A DNA stretch of 64,000 bases from Geosiphon pyriformis uo1 (taxonomy: Eukaryota; Fungi; Glomeromycota), in the NCBI GenBank assembly GCA_016748015.1, contig JAAOMT010000372.1, positions 310,001 through 374,000 on the forward strand, in the 5' to 3' direction. The notes below the pieces were generated by a model, which saw only the letters and a list, made by a program, of their open reading frames with translations, was not told where the DNA came from and did no database searches. Positions 1 to 12,760 of this stretch are shown in pieces. The position numbers were made by a program, and so were the translations under genes. How positions within the stretch are numbered: the stretch's first letter is position 1; the number at the start of each line of letters is the position of its first letter.

Positions 1-340
1 ACTATCTTTACCAGAGGTAAGAATATTGCTTGTGCTATCTTTTCATTTGGTTCTATAATATAGGTCTTTTCTGAGTTATTTTGTAACATGGTAATAATAT
101 TTTTTACATATTCCACATTAATTATTCCTCTTCTGATGTTGATTCTTTTTTTTGCTAAACTACTTCTAGATGCTAATTGGATCATGGTTGTTGCTGGAAT
201 TTCCAGAGCTATTTTGAGATCAATACATGTGCATGAATTTGGTTTCAATTTAATGGCTTCTTTTTCCAGATATCTCAGATCAAACCCTGCATCAGTATCA
301 TGTGCACATTCTGGCATAATACCTTCATTATTATCACTAT
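1..340 (-). pseudogene. Retroelement-encoded trimeric dUTPase domain (open to window edge)
   Basis: Manual translation: HDTDAGFDLRY...LASRSSLAKKRINIRRGIINVEYVKNI...NEKIAQAIF, matching dUTPase motifs I-IV (motif III eroded by G>A changes). Confidence 0.88.
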
Positions 341-1628
341 ATTATTTGAGTGTCTATTTTTTAAAAAGATCAGGAAGTACAATAAATGTTTCAGGATTTG
401 AATTGGAGTTTGAATTGTCATAATTTTTGTTGCTATTTGGAGTGGAGCTGAAACCATTGTTTTTGTCATTGTTGTTGTCAGAGTTTGAATCAGGATTGAA
501 AGTTGATTCCAATTCTGATGCACAGTTGTTGATTGGTTCTTCCTTTTCTGGGATCATGTAGATCATGCATGGTGGTAGATTGTGAATAAGGTCACACTCA
601 TTACAATACTGGAAGTTACATGGAATCAAACAGTGGTCACATAGTTAAGTGTTGATTTTTTCCAAGCATTGTTTCTGCTCTTTTATTGTTAGTGCTAATT
701 GCTGGTAATGTTCATGGAATTCTTCCAGGTCATCCTTGATGTTGCCAAAGACATTGAAAGTTTGGACGTATTTGGGTTCAGGAAGAGATAAAGGATTGTT
801 TTTTATTTCCAGTAATTCACTGGTTGTCGTGCCTTCTGTTTTTACATATACTATTCTCCAAAGTTCATGTTTGTCATAGAGATATTCTTCCAATCATCAT
901 AGTGCTCTTTTCCATGCATTGTCAATTGGTGTTTTCTTGCATACCCAGTCATTTATTAAGATGGTGTATTGGCATGTCTCATTGCACATTCCTCCTTGCC
1001 CAAGAATGTCATTCCACATTCCTTCGTCAGACAAGATAGTTTTACATGTGAGACATGATTGGTTGTCCCACTTTCCTTGTTATTTCAGTCATTCAAAGCA
1101 CTCTATGATGCATGAACAGCAGTAGAATCTGGTGGCAGTGAAGTATTCTTTGTTATCACTACAGCATGTGCTCATTGATGACAATTTCTTGTCACAATCA
1201 ACACATACCAGTTTTGGGTGGTGATAACCTAATGGTGGTGGTAAAGTGTAAGCATATAGACTATAAGTGCTGTTGGTGGGTGTTGTTTTCTTTTTTTTCT
1301 CTTTTTCTTTCCTCTTACTATTATCATCTGTCTACTCCCAAGTTAATTTATTCTGGTCATTGTCGATTTCCCAGGTTTGGTCAGTATTCTAGGTAAGTTT
1401 GGTCTCCTTCTGTTTTCCTTTGCCATTGTTGTCCCAGAAGAGTATAGGTAATAGTTTGTTGTGATCTTTGTTGGCCCAGAATACTTGATAAGCTTCTCAG
1501 GTAGGTTTCTTATTTTCTTCTTCTATTTTGATGAGTGGAGTTGTTGAGTTGGTGGTTTTGAAGTGGTCACACATGGCTGGTACACATGTGTGTTGACTGT
1601 TTTGACTGAGTTGTAATTCTTGAGTGGT

Positions 1629-2174
1629 CTAATCGAGTATGGCATTAGTTTTGGATAACCAATTATTGCCTACCAATGTTTGATATTGGGTTGCTTCTAT
1701 CACTAGGACTTTGATGAGAGTAATAATGCCATTGACTTTGAAAGGGAAGTTGTCGATTTCACCAATGAGAGTTTTGGTTGCTCTATTGGCAGTTATAATC
1801 CTGGTGCTGGCAGTGCAATCAACTTGGCAACCTAATTGGTCCATGAGTTGTTTTGTAATTATGCTGCCAGCTGATCCACTGTCTAAAATCAGTTTAATAG
1901 AGTGGCTATCAACTTTGGCATCAGTGTATATGGCAGTAATGGGTTTTTCTTCCAGAGCGGCTCCACTAAATAATGGCATGATTGATGGTTCTTTGAGTTT
2001 AAACAGGAAGATGGCGTCCAGTGATTCATTCTCAGTGATGGTTGCTGGCGGAATGTTGCTGGTAAGTGTTGAATATTGGTTGGTTTCCAGATTATTGGGT
2101 TGGGCATCTTCTGGGGTGACCAGAAGATTTAAATAGTTCTGGAAATTCGGGTTTTGGGCATACCCAGTGCCCAA
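1629..2174 (-). pseudogene. Retropepsin aspartic protease of B1
   Basis: KLILDSGSAGSII active-site motif and LVGNNWL C-terminal motif in ORF 1629..2174. Confidence 0.88.
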
Positions 2175-2199
2175 ATTCTATTGTTGAGAGCCTAATGAT

Positions 2200-4310
2200 T
2201 GTGCTGTAGAACTGGGGATCAGTTAATGGACTACTATTGACAATCTCCAGTTTTGTTGGGTCAATCTTGGCTTTTGGATTCTATTTTAAAGTAAGTTCTG
2301 TGACAGTGTTTGAATTTGTTGGGGCTAATATATTACCTGGGGCTGCGGCTGATAAATGGATTGTGGCTGTGGCTGATAAATTGCTGGTGTCATTGGTTGA
2401 TAAATTGGCATTTGATATACTGGTGGTTGATAAAGTGGCTGCTACATCATAGATAAGTAATTCTGATGGTATGACTCTGAGTTCGGTGGGTTATTCGAAA
2501 TGTGAAACTGGCGATTGGGATTTTGATATTGATTTTCCGATCATTGGTTATTTAAGCGATAACAGCAATCAATTTGTAGATGTCCTTGTTTACCACAATA
2601 GTGGCAAACACGTGTTTCCTGTTGTCACTGTTGATTGGTCAATGATGATAGACACAACTGATTCTGGAAATGATTCACATTTCTGGAATTATTGCATCGT
2701 TGTGATGGTTGATAAATTGCACGATTGTCAGCTAAGTATTCTTCTAATTTCTGATTGATGGAATTACTAAATTGTTTCAATTTGGAATCCAATTCAGATG
2801 ATCCATTCATTACTAGATTAATGGCTTGGGCATGGTTAGCTTCAAGTTCAGTGGCTTTAAAATCTCTGGCATTTGTGATGGTTACTTGTAGATTGATGAG
2901 ATACATTGGACATACGCGTTGCAGAATGCTACTGCATAATCCGCGAATAAACTGATTTAGGATCTGGGCTACTGTGAAATAATTGGGGTCAATGGCTTGG
3001 ATCTTGTGCAGATTCCTGTGAAAGTGTTCTAAGTAAGTAGTGACTGCTTTATTTTCTCCTTGTTTGATGGTAGTAAAAGTGTTTGCTAGCCTGTTAATGC
3101 TGTTATTATTGCTGAAATATCTTAAGAACTCTATTTTGAATGTATTGAAATCTTAGAGTTTGTTGACCAGACTTTAGTACCATAAATTGGCAGTATTTTG
3201 GAAAAAATATCAGATGGCTTACATGGCTCTGGTGTCATTCCAGCCATTAGCTGCAATGGTTTTCTTCATATCATTTAGCCATACTTGGGTGTCATTCTCT
3301 TTGCCAGTAAATTTTTTGAGTTTGGCTATTAGTGCATATGCCATTGGATCTAAGTTGGATTGTGGTGGTTGTTGAAGTGATATTAGTGGCTGTTGAATCT
3401 GCTGGTGTGGTTGTTGTAGTGGCTGGCCAATCGGTTCAACTGGTAGTGGGTTAATGACAATAATAGGAGGTAGGTCTGGTTGATTAATTAGATCGAAGTT
3501 CTGATTGTTTTGATTTGGCAGTGGTTGAATATTTGGAGTTTCGATTTCCAGGTTTTCTAAATTTGAATTTTGCTGGGTTTGAAGATTCAAGATTCCAAAT
3601 TCCGAGTTTTCCATAATCAGATTCTGGTAAGTAAATTCCTGATTTTTAGATTTTTCTTCTTCTTTTTCTTCTGATTCTGTTATTTTCCAAGGACTCATAT
3701 TTCTGAAATCTGGTTGAGATAATGGTGATCAAAATCCTGATGGCGTTGATGATCGCAATTTAAATCCTTCAAAGTAATTACTGTATGGTCCTAATAACTC
3801 TGCTTTTTGTTGTTTACTTTGAAATGGGAAGTGTCCAAAGGTTAATGTTGCGTTTGATGTGAATGTGTCTGTTGATGAGATGTTAATGGCACTTTTGGGT
3901 GTATAATAGTATGATAGATGGGTAGGTGATTCAACTCAAGTTTTCTTCCAATTGGGTGGTTAGATTTGTTTTGGTGTTACTGCTGGAGTTTGCAATCTTC
4001 CTTTGTTTTTATCTGCATAGATAATAGGGAATTGTTGTTGTGTATACCTTTCAATAGTTTGATTGATTTTCTTAATAATTGGGGCAAAACTGTAGTTTCT
4101 TGGTAAGCTGGTATGTTAAAATAATTCTGTATAAAAATTTTCTCTTGCAGATTCAATGTTAACTGTTCCTCCTAAGCAGGCTGATTCCGCTGGGAAATGA
4201 TTATTGTTCAATCCTAATTGTTGACTGTACTGTTGAAATAAGAATTTGGCGAATCCTAAATGGTTTATTCCTATAATTTCTGATTCTGCCACTTTTAGAT
4301 GATTGTTGAT
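2200..4310 (-). pseudogene. Gag of B1 (capsid-like region, Pro/Gln-rich tracts, CCHC zinc knuckle)
   Basis: KFTGKENDTQVWLNDMKKTIAANGWND capsid-like segment; VCHYCGKQGHLQIDC at ~2563-2607; broken by stops; ends approximate. Confidence 0.75.
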
Positions 4311-4354
4311 GGTGCTGGTTCTCTGTAGGATTATATCTTACAGAAAGCATCAAA

Positions 4355-5265
4355 TGTTACAGATGATTATTTGGGGTTTCAAATCAAATAACAAACCCAT
4401 AACTTGGTGCTCAATATTTTGACAGTACTGATAATACTAGTACATTGGTTGTATTTGAAAGTTTTTTAGAGTTGAGTCTTTTGTATAATGGACAGAGATT
4501 CTTTGTTGATGTTATTTGCAGTTTTCTTGTAAGTTGTTTCTCAATTTCTTTCTCAGCTTGGTGGCTGGATTTATTCTGGCATTCATGCTCTTTTGGTAAG
4601 CTATCTGATAATATATATATAATTCTACCTTTATTTCTGGGTCTTTTACCAGGCTATCCATAATGTCAATAACTCAGTGCTTTAATCTTCAATCAAGTTT
4701 TAGTAAACAACCAAATCAAAATAAAAAAATGAAAATGAAAAGAAAAAAAATAAAAGAATAAGCCAAGGTGATAAACAAGTTAGTATTCCATTAATAGCCA
4801 TGATCAAGAGCTATTGGTCCAGTATGGTTAAGTATCAGTTACTATTAACATGAAGTGTTGATAGTAGAAAGTGAATAAAGATATAAAATAATTATTTATT
4901 TGATGATTATGAATTGGAAGGTTGTTTTTATAAAATTTAGACTGAGAGGGTTTTTTTTTCTACTTCTAATACTACTGCTATATATACATAATTGATGTTC
5001 TACGAGATTGCTCACATTTCTAAGCAATATGCTATGATTTTTTGAGCAATGCTCATATTGCTGAGCGATGTGCTCTAATTTTCTAACATCGCTCCACATT
5101 GCTGAGCAATGTGCCATGTTTTCTGATATTGCTTCACATTGCTAAGCAATGTGTTGTGATTTTTATCATTGCTCTATATTGCTGAGCAATGTGCTTATGT
5201 GTTACATACCATTCCCTCATTGGTCTACTATTCTCCCTATATCTGTTTTTTTTTTATGAGTAACA
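4355..5265 (-). repeat. Family B 5' LTR (~910 bp)
   Basis: TGTTAC/GTAACA termini; homologous to 15192-16073, 17313-18203 and 25929-26753; eroded PBS at 4337-4352. Confidence 0.9.
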
Positions 5266-7728
5266 CCAGTATGTCAATCCCAGTTCCTATTTGTTTCTCA
5301 GCACTTGACTCCCAAAAGGCATGATATTTATCAGAGCCAAAGAATACATTTTTTTCTTTAAGTGGAGTTAACTTTGTTTCTGTAATAATTACAAAGTCAA
5401 ATTGTTTTTCAATACACTATTCTAGCACTTCTTTTGCTTTATCTGGATTATTAAGTCTTTTAACATTAATTATACCAATTTTCCAAGTATTGTCATTGGA
5501 GTAGTTCTGTTCTGTAAAGGAATCAGATGTGTTACATATCATCAGTTTCCATGAATTTAGGTTCTTCAGTAGTAGGGCCACTCCAGCTACCCTGTTTTTT
5601 CATTTGTTTTAGCAACTCCATAATGGGTTCCAAAGTTTTTTTGATTTCCTTAATTTTTCTCTCTGAATTGTATGTATCTTTTTTTTTAGCCAAGTTAGAC
5701 TTAGATGTAGTACTTTGGCTTAGTAATCTGTTTTCCGCCTCTTTTTTTTCCTCTAAAATATGGCTCTACTGTTGAGTGACTATTATATCTTCTTTTTTCT
5801 CTATTGTAACTTTAAGTTTGGCAGCTACTGCACTCAGCAGTTTGGCCATTTTATTAACTTGCTGTTTCAACTTATTAATTTCAGTCCTCCAAAGTTGGTT
5901 GATTCTTTTTTTTGGTTGGTCTTCTTTGTTGTTTACTTGTAAACCAAGTTTCTGAGATCTGTTTGAATTGGTGTGTTGTTCAGATTATGAGAAAGTTTGA
6001 GTGCTGCCATTTTGGCATATGATTTTTTACCAAAAATTTTGATGGTATTCTCTAAAACATTCTTCCTAACATACAGTTTTGCCAATCTGATGTTATTGGT
6101 AACTTTCTTGTTATCTCTTTCTTTTTTTTTGTGTAAAGTTAGACATTTGGAGACTAAATGCCTTACTTGGTAACAGAAGTGGCATTCTTTGGCACCAGTG
6201 GGCACCCAGTGGACCAATATGTTTCCAATTACTAAAGGCTTAATGATAGCACTGTTGCAACTAGCTTCACTATCAAATCCAATATAAGCACAGTCCATTT
6301 TTGAATTCTTACTAGTTCTGGAGATAAAGCAAGATTGATCTAATCCAGAGTAGTACTTAAGTAATAAGCAGTACAGTTTTGTGGTAAACCTACTAGTTTA
6401 GCTTTCCAGGTTTTCTTCTGCTCAATAGTCTTCTGAATACTAATTATTGGGTAAATCCTGACTGCATCTTTCCTAACCATAGTTGACTATTGGTTTATCG
6501 CTCTGGTTGCCTCTTTTTGGTTGTTGTATTCAATTACTGCTGATTGCTATTTACCAGCCACTTTGATTTGTACATTTTTAATTTCACCAAATTTCTTCAT
6601 TGCAGCTCCTACCTTTCTGTCTGAAATGCCTAAAGAGATATCTCTTACTAGGACTTTTCTTTGACTGACTACCTGGTTGGTTATGCCATCAATAGCCATC
6701 AAAAAGATCTCAATTTTTTTTCTTACTAGGATTTCTCTGGCTTGGTTTCTCCCTGCTATTTGGGAGAAATCTATTCAAATTTCTTGGTTTCTCATTATTA
6801 CTGCCCCCAAAAGGTAATTGACATCCTCCAACAGATTGTAAATCCACCTTACTTTCTTTCCCATGTTTTTTTCCAGTATGTTCAGTATCTGCATAAATAG
6901 AACATGTCTCTTAGTACCATGAACAACAGTTTTCCACCCTTTTTCTTGATTTGTTTCCATAGACATGGCATTTTTCTCAAATAATTTGCTACTTTTTTGG
7001 CCCAAGCTTGGGCTTGGCATTCTGCTTAATAGACCCAATTCAGAGTTTTCTATGTCCTCTACAGTTTCTTCCAAATCAGCAATAGCTTTGTTTGTTTTAA
7101 ATAGATTGTCTATTTGCTTATCAAATTTTTCTACAGATTTTTTTTTGTTAATCTTGTTCAAAATCTCAGGATTGCATTTTTTTAGAGCTGTTTCAATCTG
7201 TACTGCTTTCTTAACCTCTTTATTAGGCAATTTGGATAGTCTATTCAATTTTTTTAGAGACTTTGATGCCCTCTTTTTACCAGTCCAAGCTTTTATTTGA
7301 AACTTATTACTGTTTTCTTTTTTGTTGAATATTGGTCACAAGACAAAATTATTGATTTGGTCTATTATTTTATTAGTAAGTTTCTCTTAAATAACCTGGT
7401 TAAATCTCTTCATTAGGTCTTTTACACTTATTTTTTCCAAGTGTCTATATTTTTTATTGGGTTTTTTTCTAGTTTGTTGCTTATTAGTGGAGAAAAATCA
7501 GCCACTCTTTGATGTAGAGCTGTTTTTTTTGATGTATTAGCAATTCTAAAAGGTGTATTATCTCGACTGCTTGTGTTTACACTTTCAGTTGTTTCACTGC
7601 TATATTCAAACCTGAATAGAGATATTATAGGTCTTGTATTTTTAACCAGTATTTGGTTTGGTATGATTGTATTATTTCTTTTTTTCTTTGTATTGACAGT
7701 TGAATTTTCTTCTACTTAGTTTTTATAC
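5266..7728 (-). mobile_element. LINE 5' fragment: ORF1 with CCHC knuckle and start of ORF2 APE endonuclease
   Basis: CHFCYQVRHLVSKC in ORF 5933..6298; minus-strand WKIGIINVKRLNN...FDFVIITETKL (APE motifs I-II) at ~5370-5490; cut by LTRs at both ends. Confidence 0.8.
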
Positions 7729-8419
7729 TGTTATGATTAAAATCTATACTTCTTATTAATTATCACATGTATTAGCCATTGATGTCATATAAATTAGCCA
7801 CTCTATTTTTAGAAAGTGATCATTGATCTGATCAATGACCTGACTATTGATCTGATTATTGATCTGATCATTAACTTGATTATTAACCACTTTTGATAGC
7901 TATATAAGTGATAAATCTCTTAGCTATAGAAAAATATGTAAGAATCAAAGAAAGAAAAGAAATAAAATAACAACTTTTATTTCAATTATTCTCTTATCAC
8001 TAATTTCTCTTTTCCTATCTTCAAGTATCTGAACATCTTGGAATAAAAAATTACTTGTTGGTTATTTCTTACTTTTTTTCTGAAACATGTAATTACAGCA
8101 TTTAAAGATTATTGAATAAAAATGTGACTGAAGAGTACATTTGATACCTGATATTGAATTCTAAGAGTGCTGACATGAGACATAGAATTATACCAGACAT
8201 GATCATTTGTTGACAGTACAGACTATTCCTCTACCTTCAAATTCCCTGGTTATTTTTGAAAAATATAGCAACTGAGATATTTTATAAGACTAATCTCGCA
8301 TATTGAATCTATACTTATTCAATTTGCTCTTTGAAGTTGAATTCTCTTTGATTTCTTTCATTACTCTACAATCCTGTTCTCTTTTACTATCTGTTAACTT
8401 GTTACTCCAATCCATAACA
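7729..8419 (+). repeat. Family C 5' LTR of C1
   Basis: TGTTA...TAACA termini; homologous to the other five C LTRs in the window. Confidence 0.9.
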
Positions 8420-8425
8420 TAAAAG

Positions 8426-8444
8426 TGGTGCTCCTTGTGAGGTT
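8426..8444 (+). promoter_or_regulatory. Primer-binding site complementary to the 3' end of elongator tRNA-Met
   Basis: TGGTGCTCCTTGTGAGGTT lies 6 nt after the LTR; its complement AACCTCACAAGGAGCACCA fits the T-stem/acceptor pattern of eukaryotic elongator tRNA-Met. Confidence 0.75.
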
Positions 8445-8471
8445 GTCAAAATTCACTTTGTTTCTTATTGT

Positions 8472-10021
8472 ATGGGTGATTATTCATACTTGCCACAACA
8501 ATCAGAAAAACACTTTGAAACACACAACAAAAACGATCTAGACTTTATTGAACTTAATCTTTTGCCCTTCTGCTTGATTTGCTTCCCCATTGAAAAACAA
8601 TCCAGCAAACAATTTCAAGACTTTTGAAACTGGTTCTTGAATGAGCATTCAGCTGAAATCTATACAGTTTATAAAACTTATTACTTTGACCAAGCTTATC
8701 TTAAAGACAACTTTGAAGAAAGAAACAACATCATTAATCAACTTTTATACTCAACAATCTTTGAACAACAGCCCCCTGATTTTGAATATCTGAATTATCA
8801 AATCCACATTTGGATTGCTGTCTATCAATCAACTGAAACTCTTCTTGAAACAGAAGAAGAAAGCTATCAAACCACTCTTGTTTTTGATTTCTTTTTAAGT
8901 AAATTAGAACACTCCACACAAACAGTTACATCTGAACCAATGGCTCAAGACCCTTTACAACAAAACATTTTGATCACTCTCCAAAGTATACAGACTGCTT
9001 TAGGGTGAAGAAACAACACCCCATTACCATTATTTAGAGGTGATGCCCAAGATCTAATTGAATGGCTGGATGATTTTGAGAAAGCTACTATAGCAAACCA
9101 ATATGATAATGAATACAAGTTCTAAATCATTGGTGGCTATCTTCAAGACTTTCCTGCTACTTGGTTTTCACAAGAAACCAATGCCAATGCTCAGCAAAAA
9201 ATCATTAGATGGACACCAGCAAATGCTGGAGAAGATAACACCTCTTTTATTACCCAGTTTGAAACAAAATTTAGAACTCCTATCTTGATATCCAAATGAC
9301 ACATGGAATTGGAAAGAAGAACCCAAGGCCCAGGAGAAATAGTAACTGAATATGCTAAAGCCATTAGAAAACTAATTAAGTGTGTAGATTCTAGTAGAAA
9401 TTGAACAGAAAAGCAAAAGATTCATTTCTTCACAAAAGAATTAAAAATTGATCTCTCATATGCTTTTTGGCCTCTCTTGGCCTTGAAAAATAATCTCACA
9501 ATAAACATGACCATTGAACTTGCCCAGAAAATAAAAAACAACCAAAAAATGCACCTAGGATTTACTTTTCCAGTTTTTGCTCCTGCTTCTGCCATGATTC
9601 CAGCTCCACAAATGGCTGCTACCTCTTTTGACACTTACACTCAAGATCCCATAAACAATTAATAGACAGACTTACTGTTAATCTTACTCAGCTATTAGAA
9701 CCATTAGCCCAAACAGTTAGAGACAACCAGCAATCTCAAAGACCCAGATTTGAACTCCACTTTAATCAGCCCCAACAACCACCATATCAAAGACAACAAA
9801 ATTATGGCCCACCTGTGTGTTATCACTGTGGACTAACTGGACACTTTTCCAGAGACTGTAACAATCCTCCATTGCCCTCTCCAGTTTCTAGAAATAATGA
9901 CACCTAGAATAATAGATCCAACAATAATAATGTTCCCAATCAAAGATCCAATCATGCCAACATCAATTTCTTTGGAGAGGATCTCTTAGTTGAAACTACT
10001 GTTTATCAGCCTTTAAACTGA
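8472..10021 (+). pseudogene. Gag of C1
   Basis: MGDYSY start; capsid-like LFRGDAQDLIEWLDDFE; CYHCGLTGHFSRDC knuckle; same protein as 54835..55923. Confidence 0.85.
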
Positions 10022-12702
10022 TAAGCACACTTCCAAAGAGTGAGAGTGCAAGCCAACCAGAAGAAAACTTTTTTTATGCTTTTAACCTAACTAATGATGA
10101 CCATGATATAAATAAACTAGCAATCAACACCTCTGAATCAACAAGAAAGAAGAAGAAAGCCAAGATTAATTTTGTTCTGAACCCAAATAAAGCATCTAAA
10201 TCAACTGCTAATAACAATAAGCCACCAAAAGCCAAAGTTTTTAAAAATCTTCCAAAGTTGAAACCCCCAGAAATTGTACAAAAATCTGGACCCTATTATG
10301 TTGTTAAAAATCTCATGGAAACCCCAGCTCACATTACATTTGGCCAACTAATGACCCATCCACAGTTCAGAAAAGATCTTCACAAATTCTTAATACCAAA
10401 AAAAAAAACACCAAAAACCAACAAACACCCTTGCCAAGCTGAACTTGCTGATAATAGCAATGTTATCCTTCTGATTTATAAAGCCCAAGTGGCTGGTTAT
10501 TTCATTGATCTGATCTTAGACAGTGGATTATCTGTTAGCATAATTGCCAAATACTTTCTTAAAGCAATTGGCAGAAAGATTAATGAGTCTTCTACAAAAC
10601 CAATGACCAACAAACATGGTAACAAAAAAAAAGGCCTGGACATAGCCAAAGCTATTCCTGTTCATATTAATGGTATTAACATTGAAACAGATATGGAAAT
10701 ATCTGATGTAAAAGAATATATCATTATTGTTGGTAATGAGTAACTTAAGAAAGCCAAAGCACTACTTGACTATAAACTTTGTGAACTAATCATCAGATGT
10801 GGTGAAAAACCCATTGTAGTTAAATGCCATTATTGGACAACTCCTCCAGCAACCAAACAGAACCAAGAAAAAAAACAATCAGATGAATCAAATGATAATG
10901 AGAGTGATAATAAAGATTAAAAAGAACCAGAAGAAACTGCTAAACTTACCTATATCATCTTTACCAGCAATGGCAAGCCACTGGACAATATTAAAGCTGA
11001 CAAAAAAAAAATTATAGTAAATGGCAAGCTAATCTGCTGGTCCTACTATGATATCCTCAGAAGAATCTTTGACAGAAAACCTGGCAAAAAAGCCAAATAC
11101 AGCTATTGGTAGCATGGTCTTTGTGCCAAGTGCTGGTACAATAAATCTTTGTATTCTCCTAGTAACAAATGCAAGTTTTGCCTAATCTATTACAAAGATT
11201 GAAAGCCAATTAGTTTAATACCCAGAGAAGAACTAAAAAAAGTTCAGAAGTCCTTTGAAAATGAACTATCTGAAATCCAATCACTAGTTATAGAACAAAA
11301 AGAACCTTCCCCTAAAGAAAAAAAAGTGGACATTAAAAATCTGTTGGCTAGAAATAGCCCAGTTATCTCAAAAGAAAGTAATACCCCTGGACAAACCCAT
11401 ATGATACAACACACTATCACCACCAAAAAAACTCGCACCATCTATTTGAAGTCTTATCACTCCAATCAACATAATAATAAGTTTATCAAGAAACAGATAA
11501 ACCAGATGAAAGATCTTGAATTTATACAAAAAACCAAGAGTGAATGGGCTTTTTCAGTTGTAGTGATATTTAAGAAAGGTAAAACCCTATGCTTTTGTGT
11601 TGACTACTGCCAATTAAATACCATTATTATAAGAAACATGTACCCATTCTTCAAAATTAATGCAATGCTAGATAAATTCAATAGTGCTGCTTTCTTCTTA
11701 ACTATTGACTTAACTGTTGGATTTTGGCAAGTAGAGATAGATCCAGAAAGCAGAAAAAAAACTGCTTTTATCACCAAGTATGACACCTATGAATTTACAG
11801 TCATGCCTTTTGGTCTTATCAATGCTTCTCCCACCTTTTAATATCTAATGGATAAAGTGTTTGAATCAGTAAAAAAAAACTTTGTTCTGGTTTATTTGGA
11901 TGACATAATAGTATATTTAAAAATCTGGGATGAACATCTTAAATATTTACAGAAGGTTTTTGACCTGCTCAGAAATGCTAACTTTAAGATTAATCCAATC
12001 AAATCTTTCTTTGGATGCCAATCCATCCAGTTCCTTGGTCATCTTATTACAAAAGATGGAATTTTCTTTGATCCAGCTAAAGTTGAAAAAGTCCAGAACA
12101 TTAGACAATTAATGAATGTTCTTGAACTACACTCTTTCCTTGGTTTGGCCTCTTACTACTGCAAATTTATCAAGAATTTTTCCAAAATCATCTTTTTTCT
12201 TAATCAGCTACTCAGGAAAAATGTCAATTATTATTGGGGCACTCATTAATAAAAAGCTTTTGAAATTCTGAAAGAAAAACTTGTTACTAAACCAATTCTC
12301 AAGCAACTTGATCTGGACCAACCTTTTATCCTCTACACTGATACATCTGGCTATGGACTTGGTGCTGTCCTTTCACAAAAAGATGAAAATGGCAGAGAAC
12401 ATGTCAAAGCATATGCCAGTAGATCCCTCACACCAGCAGAAAAAAACTATTCAGTTACTGAACAAGAATGTTTAGCAGTAGTTTGGGCTACTAGCTACTG
12501 GGAGCAATATCTTCTTGGTGCAAAATTCTTAGTGATAACAGATCATCAAGTTTTGGTTTGGCTGTGCAATAAAAAGAAGCTGGAACACAAATGAATAACT
12601 CACTGAATACTTTATTTGGATGAATTCGACTATGATATTCAACACTGCAAAGGAGCAAATCATCAAAACACAGATGCTCTCTCTAAACTTATCATTCAGT
12701 AA
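10012..12702 (+). pseudogene. Pol (protease-RT-RNase H) of C1, in the -1 frame relative to gag
   Basis: LILDSG, CVDYCQLN, MPFGL, YLDD and RNase H motifs; ends DALSKLIIQ* at 12702. Confidence 0.88.
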
Positions 12703-12760
12703 TAGTACAATCTCTTAAACCAAACCAACTTAATTATTAGTAACTCCTTTATAAACAAAC

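Larger units (their letters stand above)
1..5265 (-). mobile_element. Ty3/Gypsy LTR retrotransposon family B, copy B1 (5' LTR, gag, protease, Cys-rich region, dUTPase; runs off left window edge), degenerate
   Basis: LTR 4355-5265 bounded by TGTTAC...GTAACA, adjacent PBS, CCHC knuckle, aspartic protease LILDSGSAGSII and dUTPase motifs, all in order on the minus strand; many premature stops. Confidence 0.9.

Noticed and set aside
1711-2136. Plus-strand ORFs antisense to retroelement genes (also 88..423, 6965..7300, 53628..53942)
   Set aside because: Shadow ORFs of minus-strand coding sequence.
2200-2460. Ser/Thr-rich overlapping alternative frame in family B gag
   Set aside because: Explained by the YQP-repeat codons of the main frame; one degraded copy gives no evidence of dual coding.
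7815-7890. CRISPR-like repeat array
   Set aside because: Contiguous 12-bp tandem units with no unique spacers, inside an LTR of a eukaryotic genome.
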